This document shows positions 30,760 through 39,825 of a stretch of 64,000 bases of DNA, one piece after another. The DNA is from Rhodothermales bacterium (lineage in GTDB: Bacteria > Bacteroidota > Rhodothermia > Rhodothermales > Bin80): assembly GCA_965208025.1 (NCBI GenBank), contig OZ242302.1, forward strand, positions 656,727 to 720,726. Direction: 5' to 3'. Each line of letters starts with the position of its first letter. Positions within the stretch are counted from its first letter, which is position 1. The notes beneath the pieces are model-generated. The model was not told the origin of the DNA. It saw only the letters and a program-made list of their open reading frames with translations, and did no database searches. Made by a program: the position numbers and the translations under genes.

Positions 30760-31521
30760 ATGATTCAGGTAGAGAATGTATATAAGTCGTTTGCGGGGCG
30801 TACGGTTCTTCATGATGTCTCTTTGGATATTCATGAGGGGAGTACGCAAGCCATCATTGGTCAGAGTGGCTCCGGCAAGAGTGTCTTAATGAAACAACTC
30901 ATTGGCTTATTACGTCCAGATCAAGGGAGAATTTTGGTAGATCAAGTTGACATCGGAAAAATTAGTTACAGTCAACTTCAAAAAGTCCGAAGACAATTTG
31001 GGGTTCTATTTCAAGGGGGTGCTCTTTTTGACTCTATGGATGCATTTGAGAATGTAGCGTTCCCACTTCGTACATTTACCAATAAAACTGAGGAAGAAGT
31101 TCGTTATGAAGTACAGAAATGTCTCGATCTGGTAGAACTCTCAAATATCGGTTCAAAGACTACGGATGCACTTTCTGGAGGGATGCGAAAACGCGTCGCA
31201 CTCGCACGTGCGATCGCTCTTCGACCAAGGTATGTGATCTATGATGAACCTACCAGTGGTCTTGATCCTGAAACATCCAATACGATTGATGACCTCATTA
31301 AGGGACTAGCCGACCAGCTTGAGATCACCAGCATCGTCGTCAGTCACGATATGCATTCTGTTCTGAAAATTGCTGATAGTGTTGCATTTATCCATGATGC
31401 GCGAATTCATTGGAGGGGATCGACTGAAGAATTGCACGAGAGTACCGATGAAACGCTTCGTTCATTTGTCAAAGCCAATGAATATGTGATTGGTCCAACT
31501 TATTCATCACTAATTGAATAA
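30760..31521 (+). CDS. mlaF: MlaF-like ABC transporter ATP-binding protein
   Basis: Walker A GQSGSGKS, signature LSGGMRKRVALARA, Walker B VIYDEPTSGLD. Confidence 0.9.
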   Translation: MIQVENVYKSFAGRTVLHDVSLDIHEGSTQAIIGQSGSGKSVLMKQLIGLLRPDQGRILVDQVDIGKISYSQLQKVRRQFGVLFQGGALFDSMDAFENVAFPLRTFTNKTEEEVRYEVQKCLDLVELSNIGSKTTDALSGGMRKRVALARAIALRPRYVIYDEPTSGLDPETSNTIDDLIKGLADQLEITSIVVSHDMHSVLKIADSVAFIHDARIHWRGSTEELHESTDETLRSFVKANEYVIGPTYSSLIE

Positions 31522-32443
31522 TCCAGTGAATACCCCGAATGAATTAAAAGTGGGAGTCGTTGTGGTTCTGGCCGCAATGGTTTTCTATTTTGGAATACGA
31601 TTCCTTAGAGATCTGCCAATTTTTGGACAGGCTTCTATTTACCAGACCGAACTTGCGAATTCGAATGGACTCGTTTCTGGCAATATTGTAGCTGTGAACG
31701 GGGTAAGTGTTGGTTCCATTGAGGATGTAGAACCTATACCCACAGGCGCACTCATCTCATTTTCCATTGATAATGAACTTGAACTCACTGAAGGAACTAC
31801 GACGTCTACTGGAGGATTTGGCTTTGTCAGCAGCGTACAGCTAAATCTAGATCTTGGTCCTCCCGATGCCCCCGTATATCCACCAGGCTCCAAGATTCCC
31901 TCCTCCGCTCAGCCAGATATTTTATCTGATCTTATGAACCGCGCACCTGATGTACTCAGTCGTGTTGATACCGTCCTAACAGGTTCCAGCCTTGCACTCA
32001 ATTCAGCACGAGAAATTTTGGCAGAGCCTGGAGGTCAAATACAACGGACTCTGATAGAGATCCAAAATTCAGCGCAGGCATTCCAGTCCGTTCTACTGGC
32101 GGAGGGGGGAAGTGTACAGTCAGTTCTGAGGGATATAGAGGAATTGTCTCGCGCCATTGAAGCCTTTACCGAAGATTCTCTTAGTGGTACAGCAATGAAC
32201 CTTCAACAGGTTTTGGAGAACTTAAACACTAACCTAACTCAACTACAAACCACCACCGATGAGCTTAATACTTTGCTATCATCAATCAACCGCGGACAGG
32301 GTACTCTCGGTAAACTTGCCACGGATGACTCGCTTTATCTGGAATTGAAAGGTGCTTCGGCTTCACTCAAACGTATTCTGGAAACGTTCGAGACTGACCC
32401 ACAAGAATATTTACAGCACCTCAAGCTCATTGAAATTTTTTAA
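31514..32443 (+). CDS. mlaD: MlaD/MCE-domain substrate-binding protein
   Basis: 309 aa with an N-terminal TM, an MCE core (VSGNIVAVNGVSVGSIEDVEP) and a long helical C-terminus. It overlaps mlaF by 8 nt. Confidence 0.8.
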   Translation: MNNPVNTPNELKVGVVVVLAAMVFYFGIRFLRDLPIFGQASIYQTELANSNGLVSGNIVAVNGVSVGSIEDVEPIPTGALISFSIDNELELTEGTTTSTGGFGFVSSVQLNLDLGPPDAPVYPPGSKIPSSAQPDILSDLMNRAPDVLSRVDTVLTGSSLALNSAREILAEPGGQIQRTLIEIQNSAQAFQSVLLAEGGSVQSVLRDIEELSRAIEAFTEDSLSGTAMNLQQVLENLNTNLTQLQTTTDELNTLLSSINRGQGTLGKLATDDSLYLELKGASASLKRILETFETDPQEYLQHLKLIEIF

Positions 32444-32447
32444 TCTT

Positions 32448-33017
32448 ATGCCTACCTACCAAGAAGCACTGAATCTTTTTCATGAATGGACAAAATCCGA
32501 AAGCCTACGAAGGCATGCGTATGCGGTTGAGGCTGCAATGGAAGCCTATGCGGAGATTTTTAACGAAGATGTAACACTGTGGCGAATCACTGGGCTCCTG
32601 CATGATCTTGATTATGAACTCCACCCAACCGTGGAGGAGCATCCTTATGTAGGTACGAACTTGCTTCGTGAACAAGGATATCCTGATGTGATCATTGATG
32701 CCATTCTGGGGCATGCCCCCTACACTGGAACACCAAGGAAAACTTTACTGGCCAAATCTCTTTTTGCGGTTGATGAACTCGCTGGATTCATTACGGCAGT
32801 TGCCTATGTTCGCCCTACCCGTCTTGAGGGGATGACTCCAAAAAGCGTTCGGAAGAAACTCAAGGACAAAGCATTCGCCGCAGCGGTAAGTCGCTCTGAT
32901 ATTTATCAAGGAGCAGAGGAGCTGGAGGTTGAATTGTCGCAACACATTACCAATGTGATCTCTGGAATGCAGAAACGTTCTGACCGATTGGGATTCAATG
33001 TACCCTCCCAATCCTGA
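32448..33017 (+). CDS. HD-domain phosphohydrolase
   Basis: I trimmed the ORF to MPTYQEAL (ATG at 32448), because the longer ORF overlaps mlaD. HD motif: RHAYAVE...GLLHDLDYE. Confidence 0.75.
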   Translation: MPTYQEALNLFHEWTKSESLRRHAYAVEAAMEAYAEIFNEDVTLWRITGLLHDLDYELHPTVEEHPYVGTNLLREQGYPDVIIDAILGHAPYTGTPRKTLLAKSLFAVDELAGFITAVAYVRPTRLEGMTPKSVRKKLKDKAFAAAVSRSDIYQGAEELEVELSQHITNVISGMQKRSDRLGFNVPSQS

Positions 33018-34219
33018 TGACGATTCCAAGTGGCAAATCAAATTCGAATCTGCGGGAAGTTATAACGGACTATTTGGGGCGCCACTTGTCCGTCAATACA
33101 TCTTCCCAGACTTCTACTCCATCTGGCCAAAGCAATACCCACCGCTCGGAACTCGGGTTAAAACTGATCCGAATTATTCCATGGTTCTTGTTTGCTCTCT
33201 TCATCTTATCATTCATATGGGACTTTGACCAATTAAGCCTTCGGATTGATCAATCAGGTATTTTTATTTACTCCCAGGATTTAATGTCCTTTACGATAAG
33301 TAACTATACTGGACTCCGACTTCCCCCGTTTGATCGACTCCTTCCTTTGGAGGGACTGATTGTCACCGTCTCTGCTGCTGGATTAATTGGGTTCTTTACC
33401 AACTGGTTGGCAATCACGATGCTGTTTCACCCTCGTAAGCGCAGGCCCATACTTGGGCAGGGAATCATCCCTGCCTCTCGGGACCGCGTTGCCGATCTTA
33501 TTGCGCTTGCAATCAGTAGGGACCTGATCAATGAAGAGGTAATTTTGGAGCGCATTCACATTAGCGGAGTCGTTCCAAAATACAGGGAGATTGCTATGAA
33601 CATTACCGAGGGGCTTCTCCTTGATCAAAATTTTCAGCGTGAGATCAAATCTTCCATTCAACAATTTATTACCGAAAAACTTGAGAGTCCCGAATTGAAA
33701 GAAAAAATTGTCACTGCTGTCATGAGCATGATTGACTCTGCCGCAAACAAAGGGTTTGCTGGGGTGGCTGTCAAGGTTTATCGAGTGTTGAATCGTGATG
33801 GGTTACGTCGCCAGATTGAAGAAGCGATTGAGGAGTTGCCTCAGAATTTAGATCTGATTGCGGATGAAGTGACACCTGTATTACAGACATTGCCCCAGAA
33901 AATCGCACAGCGTTCGGATGAAATAGAGGTCTGGCTGAGCAAGGCGATCATGTCTTTTGTAAGCACGCTGAATTTTTTTGAAATGGTTTCTCGAAATTTG
34001 CGTGATTACGACGATCGTCGGTTTGAAGATCTGATCAAGCGAACTTCAAGTCAACAGTTAATTTATATCAAGTACCTTGGAGGAGCGCTTGGGGCGATCG
34101 GGGGGTTGGTAATTTTTGATCAATGGCTTGCCCTGCCCTTCTTGGCGCTGGTTCTTGGAGCGGTCGTGGCCCTGGATTACTTTGTCATATGGATCATGAA
34201 ACGTCGTGGAGTGACTTAG
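33017..34219 (+). CDS. DUF445-family membrane protein
   Basis: 400 aa. GFFTNWLAITMLFHPRKRRPILGQGIIPASRDRVADLIA and the C-terminal IKYLGGALGAIGG block are typical of DUF445. Confidence 0.7.
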   Translation: MTIPSGKSNSNLREVITDYLGRHLSVNTSSQTSTPSGQSNTHRSELGLKLIRIIPWFLFALFILSFIWDFDQLSLRIDQSGIFIYSQDLMSFTISNYTGLRLPPFDRLLPLEGLIVTVSAAGLIGFFTNWLAITMLFHPRKRRPILGQGIIPASRDRVADLIALAISRDLINEEVILERIHISGVVPKYREIAMNITEGLLLDQNFQREIKSSIQQFITEKLESPELKEKIVTAVMSMIDSAANKGFAGVAVKVYRVLNRDGLRRQIEEAIEELPQNLDLIADEVTPVLQTLPQKIAQRSDEIEVWLSKAIMSFVSTLNFFEMVSRNLRDYDDRRFEDLIKRTSSQQLIYIKYLGGALGAIGGLVIFDQWLALPFLALVLGAVVALDYFVIWIMKRRGVT

Positions 34220-35212
34220 TGGGGGCAGGTGAATCACATCGGGTTCAATTTCTTCTGTACTGAATAACAGGGAAAGTACTTCTTCTTTGGTGTTTGCTTT
34301 CATCAGTAGCATGCGCAACTTACTCGCGTTCCTGAATCCCTTGAAGTAACCGCTATACATTCGACGCATTTCCTTGACCCCTCTGCGTTCACCAAGCCAG
34401 TTGCACTTCAGCGTCAAATGCTCGGCAACCACATGGATCCGTTCGTCCCACTGGGGAGAGGGCAATTCTATTCCCTCTTCTATGAATGACTTCGCACGTT
34501 GAAAAACCCAAGGATTTCCAATCGCACCGCGTCCAATCATAACACCATCTACTCCAGTCTCTTCAAACATTTGCAGTACGGATTCAGGCGCCAGCGCATC
34601 TCCATTCCCAATCAGTGGAATCTCTTGGAGTCCATCTTCACGAATTGCCCGTAGATATTCCCACCGTGCACTCCCGCTGTACATCTGTTTTCTGGTTCTT
34701 GCATGTACAGCCAGTGCCTGAATTCCACACTTCTCCAGCATCTTTGCAACATTGACGATATCAATGCTACTGTCATCCCAACCGAGACGTGTTTTCACGG
34801 TCACAGGGAGATTCGTCGCGTCAACAACCGTACGCGTAATTTTTTCCATCTTGGGAATATTGCGTAAGATCCCGGCCCCAGCCTCTTTGCAAACTACTTT
34901 TCGTACGGGACATCCAAAATTAATATCAATTAGATCGGGCTTAACTCGGTCTACGATCTCCGTCGCTGACCTGACTTGATCTACATCGCCACCAAATATT
35001 TGGATCCCTACTGGGCGTTCATGGTCGTGAATATCCAGTTTCATCAATGAATCTTCCGCATCGTGGACTAACCCACCAGAGGAAATAAACTCGGTATAGA
35101 CCATGTCTGCACCATACCGTTTACATAGTGCTCTGAATGGAGGATCAGAGACATCTTCCATAGGGGCGAGAAGAAGCGGGAATTTCCCAAGTTGGATTGA
35201 ACCAATACGCAT
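34058..35212 (-). CDS. dusB: tRNA-dihydrouridine synthase (DusB-like)
   Basis: LAPMEDVSDPPFRALC, INFGCPVRKV and VHARTRKQMYSG motifs. The C-terminal tail of about 55 aa overlaps the convergent DUF445 gene and may not be real. Confidence 0.88.
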   Translation of the reverse strand: MRIGSIQLGKFPLLLAPMEDVSDPPFRALCKRYGADMVYTEFISSGGLVHDAEDSLMKLDIHDHERPVGIQIFGGDVDQVRSATEIVDRVKPDLIDINFGCPVRKVVCKEAGAGILRNIPKMEKITRTVVDATNLPVTVKTRLGWDDSSIDIVNVAKMLEKCGIQALAVHARTRKQMYSGSARWEYLRAIREDGLQEIPLIGNGDALAPESVLQMFEETGVDGVMIGRGAIGNPWVFQRAKSFIEEGIELPSPQWDERIHVVAEHLTLKCNWLGERRGVKEMRRMYSGYFKGFRNASKLRMLLMKANTKEEVLSLLFSTEEIEPDVIHLPPLSHSTTFHDPYDKVIQGHDRSKNQRQEGQGKPLIKNYQPPDRPKRSSKVLDIN

Positions 35213-35323
35213 TGATGATATGCAAAGTCTTTCATTAATCTATTTAAAACGATTGAGAACCTCATTCGTGCATCAGACGACTCTTTTTTGCCGTAAAGTA
35301 GATTAGACTGAATACTCAAACCA

Positions 35324-35590
35324 ATGAAACCCCGACGAATCTCCCCCTACTTACTTGCATTGTGTGCTATATTGTTTGCCGGGTGTGGGCCATCGCTCCT
35401 ATCCATGGCAGACTCTTGGAAAGGACTGTCGTGTTGTGGACTCATAATTCTAGTTTTGGACATAATTGCGATTATAGAGATTGCAGGCAGTTCCCGCGAA
35501 ACCGCTTCAAAGCTTATTTGGATCCTGTTTATTATTTTTGCACCAACAATAGGACTCATCGTTTATTACATTTTTGCCAATCGTTCATGA
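35324..35590 (+). CDS. Small PLDc_N-type (cardiolipin synthase N-terminal-like) membrane protein
   Basis: 88 aa with a lipobox-like N-terminus (AILFAGC). ILVLDIIAIIEI...KLIWILFIIFAPTIGLIVYYIF is the PLDc_N two-TM signature. Confidence 0.65.
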   Translation: MKPRRISPYLLALCAILFAGCGPSLLSMADSWKGLSCCGLIILVLDIIAIIEIAGSSRETASKLIWILFIIFAPTIGLIVYYIFANRS

Positions 35591-36828
35591 TGTCTGGAAT
35601 TTCAGTCAGGTGTATGGCACTTGGGATTATCCTCAGATTTACACTTGGTATACCGCCTTGTTATGCGAGTGACGATGAGCCACGCACCGTGATTTTGATC
35701 TCCATTGATGGACTTCGGGCTGATTATTTGACTTCGGAGAACACTCCCAACCTTGTTGAACTGGCTAATCAAGGCGTACGGGCTGAGTATCTCGAGCCAG
35801 TCTTCCCCTCGAAAACTTTCCCAAACCATTACAGCATCATTACAGGACTCTACCCGGCCAACCATGGGATCATAAATAACTCAATGTATGATCCAGATCT
35901 CGGCTTTTTTCGTCTCAGTGACCGAGAGGTACTTTCAAAGACCGCATGGTGGGGAGGAGAACCACTTTGGATTACCGTCCAGAAACATGGTCATACCAGT
36001 GCCACCTATTTTTGGCCTGGCTCCGATGCAGATTCAATCCAGGGATTCCAACCTACTTACTGGATGGAGTATAACCATAGTCTTCCTCATCCGGCCCGGA
36101 TTGATTCAACCGTGGCAGCAATAACTCGTACCCCCCGCCCTGCACTGATCACCACTTATTTTAGCATCGTTGACACCCAAGGACATCGATATGGTCCCGA
36201 TTCTGATGAGATCCGTACTGCTTTGAGAGATGTTGATGCTCAGATTGGTGACTTAATTGCCCGCCTTAAAGAAGCTGGACTCTATGAACACATCAACCTT
36301 GTTGTGCTTGGAGATCATGGAATGGCTGCTACCTCTAAGGATCGGGTCACAATTCTGGACGACTATATTGATCCTGAGGATGTGTGGGTTGTTAGTCTGG
36401 ATGCCATGGGATTTTTGAATGTGAAAGATTCAACCCAGTCAGAGACCTTACTGGATCAACTGAATGAAATGCCCCATGCACGCTGGTTCACCTCTGATTC
36501 AGTTCCAGAGGAGTGGCACTATCGCAATAATGACCGAATCCCCGATTTCGTAGGAATTGCAGATGTGGGATGGCAGATGGCGACACAGTGGAATTATGAT
36601 CGGAATCCCGATTTTTACTCTGGTGGAAACCATGGGTATGATCCTGAACATCCATCCATGCATTCTGCCTTCATTGCTCGCGGACCGCAATTCAAACAGA
36701 ATCTTGTCGTTGAGGGGTTCTCACTCATCCATGTCTATGAACTGTTGTGTGCTGTTCTTCATCTTACCCCCGCAGAAAATGATGGGAACCTTGATGAAAT
36801 TCCCCACCTTCTCCAATTGGCTCCTTAA
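35587..36828 (+). CDS. Ectonucleotide pyrophosphatase/phosphodiesterase (NPP, alkaline-phosphatase superfamily)
   Basis: I trimmed the ORF to MMSGIS (ATGA overlap with the upstream stop). Motifs: ISIDGLRADYL, FPSKTFPNHYSIITGLYP, GDHGM, GNHGYDP. Confidence 0.88.
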   Translation: MMSGISVRCMALGIILRFTLGIPPCYASDDEPRTVILISIDGLRADYLTSENTPNLVELANQGVRAEYLEPVFPSKTFPNHYSIITGLYPANHGIINNSMYDPDLGFFRLSDREVLSKTAWWGGEPLWITVQKHGHTSATYFWPGSDADSIQGFQPTYWMEYNHSLPHPARIDSTVAAITRTPRPALITTYFSIVDTQGHRYGPDSDEIRTALRDVDAQIGDLIARLKEAGLYEHINLVVLGDHGMAATSKDRVTILDDYIDPEDVWVVSLDAMGFLNVKDSTQSETLLDQLNEMPHARWFTSDSVPEEWHYRNNDRIPDFVGIADVGWQMATQWNYDRNPDFYSGGNHGYDPEHPSMHSAFIARGPQFKQNLVVEGFSLIHVYELLCAVLHLTPAENDGNLDEIPHLLQLAP

Positions 36829-37046
36829 AAAACGAATTCATTGAATCCTTGCACCTCATTCAGCCCTGCTTAGGATACCTCCTAAAATAAGTTTGATCTC
36901 TCGCATCTTAATTGTTTTGTAGGCATAGGTACTCCTCAAAATTTGTAAAATGACATGCGACGAATAGGACGATCAGAGAGTTTTGAAAAATACGCCGCGT
37001 ATATTCCCAAACTATGAACTCAAAAAGTCCAATCCTGCTACGGATT

Positions 37047-37092
37047 GGGTGGCTCACATCCCTCGTAATGGGTGGCTCACCTACGTCGTAAT
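37047..37092. repeat. Two tandem 23-bp direct repeats in the island-proximal intergenic region
   Basis: gggtggctcacatccctcgtaat is followed immediately by gggtggctcacctacgtcgtaat, matching at 19 of 23 positions. Confidence 0.8.
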
Positions 37093-37791
37093 ACTCAAAT
37101 TGAGCAAAAACAGTACGTTACCCAATTTTCAGAGAGGCAAAATCTAATTGCGTTTTTATGTCGTGCCGTTGGTTCCCTTGACTCCTTTTCGGCAATACTT
37201 GATAATACGGTCTCATACGTGCTAATTGTTTAGTGAACGGAATTAGCCCAATATGAAATTGCTTTTCCCGTTACACAACATCCGCCTCTATGTCCCTGTC
37301 TGTAGGCTTGGAGCAGGAGTACCAACTGACATTTTCAACAATACCCAAATCTCTATTCTGATCTCTCTCAGAACCCTAATCCAACTTATCCATAACCATG
37401 AGAAAGTCCACTCCAATTATTCCCACCCCCTTTTGTTAGTCACAGGTGTTGAGGGACATTTGGCGAACTTCGAAAGTAATCACTGAGTTTAAGAAAGTCA
37501 AACCCATGATCGTAAAGGGTTTATTGCGTTCGAAGTCACTAAACACGAAAATAGTAGCTCTAAGGAAAAAGCCTCCTGCTTGGACTTACCTGAAAGTGAT
37601 TTTTCGGATCAATTCAAGAAAACATCTTACAACTGTTTTTGTTTTACTAGTGTACTCAGATAACTAACAGCCGAGTCATCGGTGCAGGTGTTGATCTCTA
37701 ACTTTTATATTTTGAGCGACTTCGCCGTCGGGATCGGCGACTCATATGTTCGGAATATGCAATTCTGGTGTGTTTCGGCACCTTTTCCAGA

Positions 37792-38328
37792 TTATTCAGG
37801 AACATCCAAGTTCATTATTTCCAATACCTTGTCCCTCAACTCTATTCCAAATACGCTCTGAACTTTCTCTTTGGTGATCCCATTGTTATAAGCATAACCA
37901 ATGATTGATCTAAGTTCTTCATCGGCGTAGTGCTGATCGTCAATTGCGTACATAAAACAAAATTCTTGAATATTGTAGGCTTCTTTATTTTCAATTTCAA
38001 CTATTTTAGCGGTTTTTTCTGCCCAAGTAGCAGCATTCAGTTCTTTGGATACTTTTTCACCTTTTTCAGTGAGGCGGAGCGGGCTCTCCCCGTCTATGAA
38101 GTCAGGATCTGATCCAGAAAAAATTAAAAAAATGTGTCTGTTGATTTGTCGTATATCCTTTCTTATCTCTTGCATAAATTCTTTGAACGAGTTTCGGTCT
38201 GCATCTACAGCACCCTCCCATCTAGATCTATCTGATATTTTTCTTCCAATGCTACGATGTAGTGTGATCGCACTAATGATTACAGAAGCAATAACTGCTA
38301 TTGCAGTAATCCATTCAGGTGTCATCAT
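37792..38328 (-). CDS. Membrane-anchored protein of unknown function
   Basis: 178 aa, visibly AT-rich gene. It has an N-terminal TM (WITAIAVIASVIISAITL) and a soluble C-terminal domain containing SPLRLTEKGEKVSKEL, a helix-turn-helix-like stretch. I recognise no family. Confidence 0.5.
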   Translation of the reverse strand: MMTPEWITAIAVIASVIISAITLHRSIGRKISDRSRWEGAVDADRNSFKEFMQEIRKDIRQINRHIFLIFSGSDPDFIDGESPLRLTEKGEKVSKELNAATWAEKTAKIVEIENKEAYNIQEFCFMYAIDDQHYADEELRSIIGYAYNNGITKEKVQSVFGIELRDKVLEIMNLDVPE

Positions 38329-38711
38329 AGTTACCAGTTAGTTCAAGTTGATAAAATTGGCTATACTCCTACTATGAATCTACTTTTGACTAAGTAGGAA
38401 ATCTAATCTAGTCATGGATTGGAACTACCGCACAAGGAAAAACGGTTGAATAGCCCGGTTATTTATTGGTATCGTCATTGGTTATGGTCCACAATAGGTA
38501 ACATACTTGCTAACGGGTTAGCTAGTTCCCTCGGCAAGTTTTTCTATTAACATCTTTGCAAAAAGTGTTATCCTTGTAAAGCGTGAACGATAATCCCGCT
38601 AGTAGAGTGGCGGAGATTGGACTCTTTGCCTGCCCCTCCAAGTGATTCAGGAAAAATATGATTAATCCCCCATCCAAAGGCTTGAACACATGGGAGGAAT
38701 TATTCAGATAC

Positions 38712-38756
38712 TTTGAGGATGGTTAGACATTTACCCACAAGGTTCGAGGTAGAACC
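38712..38756 (+). mobile_element. Degenerate ISL3-like right-end remnant
   Basis: ctttgaggatggttagacatttacccacaaggttcgaggtagaacc aligns by eye to 56136-56180 (tctgtggaggtttagacctctatccacaaggttcgtggtagaacc), which is the end of an ISL3-type transposase ORF plus its terminal repeat. Confidence 0.45.
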
Positions 38757-38763
38757 TTATTTT

Positions 38764-39597
38764 TTACGGTGAAGAGTTCACGGAGGCTTTCCTCCGCCTG
38801 TTCAATCTGTGCACGCCCCGAAGAACCAGCACAATGATCTGTCCAATCAATGGAGTTGTGGCCAGGATTTCATTTTCCTCACAGGATAATCCATTTTTCA
38901 GATCATCTACGTTCCATTGCTCAAATTTCTTTCGCCCTGGCCACCCATTACGTGATTTGTGCCAAGGCGTTGTTAAATTCATTGATTCGGAAATATCACA
39001 TGTGCAACCACCAAATCCGCCGATCAGAAACAGAGGCTGCTTAGAGCGAAGGGCCAATAGTGCCTCCTCCGCAATGCCAGGCATGCGCCCTCTATAATCA
39101 GCAACCTGACCGCCTAAGAGTATCCGCGCATCCGTACAAGAATTTTGGAACTCACGCATTGCAGTAAGCCCCGTAATCCATTCGTGTTGATCTGGAAAAC
39201 GCGTCTGAAGTTTTTGACGAGCACCCATGGTCATTGGAGTCCCATCACACTCAAGAAGCTTGATTTCAGCTACATCTTGAAGATCTGTAGCAAGTTCATT
39301 CAGTTGATCAACAGGTGTCCTAATGTGAACAGGCCAAGCCAAATGATTCGTGACTCTTATTAGCTTTCCCAAATCTGCAGAAGATGTGTATCGCAGAACC
39401 AGTTGAAAAAGAATCTGAGTGAATCCATGAGTACGCAGGTCGCCTCCGTAAGCAAGATTCACGTCAGCAGCCAATAGTTGAAGTGCCAGCTCAGCCTTGG
39501 CTTCTTTGAGATGTCCCTCACCAAGACCAAGTGCTGCCATGTCTGGGCTAGAAGATGTTGAAACTGCAACAGTTAGTGGTTTTGAAGAGCTACTCAT
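38764..39597 (-). CDS. LOG/SLOG-like Rossmann-fold protein (putative nucleotide or nucleotide-derived ligand binder)
   Basis: 277 aa from MSSSSKPL. The N-terminal strand-loop-helix VAVSTSSSPD...AKAELALQLLAADVNLAYGGDLRTHGFTQ and the distal GRMPGIAEEALLALRSKQPLFLIGGFGG mirror the two glycine-rich motifs of LOG/SLOG proteins (xYGGGxxG and PGGxGTxEE). This was recognised by eye only. Confidence 0.45.
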   Translation of the reverse strand: MSSSSKPLTVAVSTSSSPDMAALGLGEGHLKEAKAELALQLLAADVNLAYGGDLRTHGFTQILFQLVLRYTSSADLGKLIRVTNHLAWPVHIRTPVDQLNELATDLQDVAEIKLLECDGTPMTMGARQKLQTRFPDQHEWITGLTAMREFQNSCTDARILLGGQVADYRGRMPGIAEEALLALRSKQPLFLIGGFGGCTCDISESMNLTTPWHKSRNGWPGRKKFEQWNVDDLKNGLSCEENEILATTPLIGQIIVLVLRGVHRLNRRRKASVNSSP

Positions 39598-39803
39598 GAA
39601 ACTTCCTCCGCAAGCCACTGGCTCAAACTACGAATTTGCAGATCTTCCCACAGTGTTGCAAAAAGATTGATTTCTTCCTTGCCAAGAGGTGGGTCAGGAT
39701 GTAACAAAACCAAAGGTTTCATAATTTTCCCCAACAGAGTCGCCAACGAAATTAACTCTGGAGAGCGAGACATAAATACTATTTCTGTTGCAGCAATTCC
39801 CAC
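39594..39803 (-). CDS. 69-aa ORF translationally coupled to the SLOG-like gene (GTG start)
   Basis: Its TGA stop overlaps the ATG of the downstream gene (ATGA at 39594-39597). An in-frame stop at 39819-39821 caps the maximum length. I recognise no family. Confidence 0.3.
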   Translation of the reverse strand: MGIAATEIVFMSRSPELISLATLLGKIMKPLVLLHPDPPLGKEEINLFATLWEDLQIRSLSQWLAEEVS

Positions 39804-39825
39804 TAAGTCATTAATTTCTTAAAAT

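Noticed and set aside
35362-35586. The N-terminal 75 codons of the 488-aa track ORF for the NPP enzyme.
   Set aside because: This part overlaps the PLDc_N gene in another frame and has no signal-peptide character. The MMSG start at 35587 gives a signal peptide and an ATGA junction.
37716-37746. A hairpin (tcgccg-N7-cggcga) just downstream of the 37792 stop as a terminator.
   Set aside because: It has only a 6-bp core stem and no U-tract on the relevant strand.
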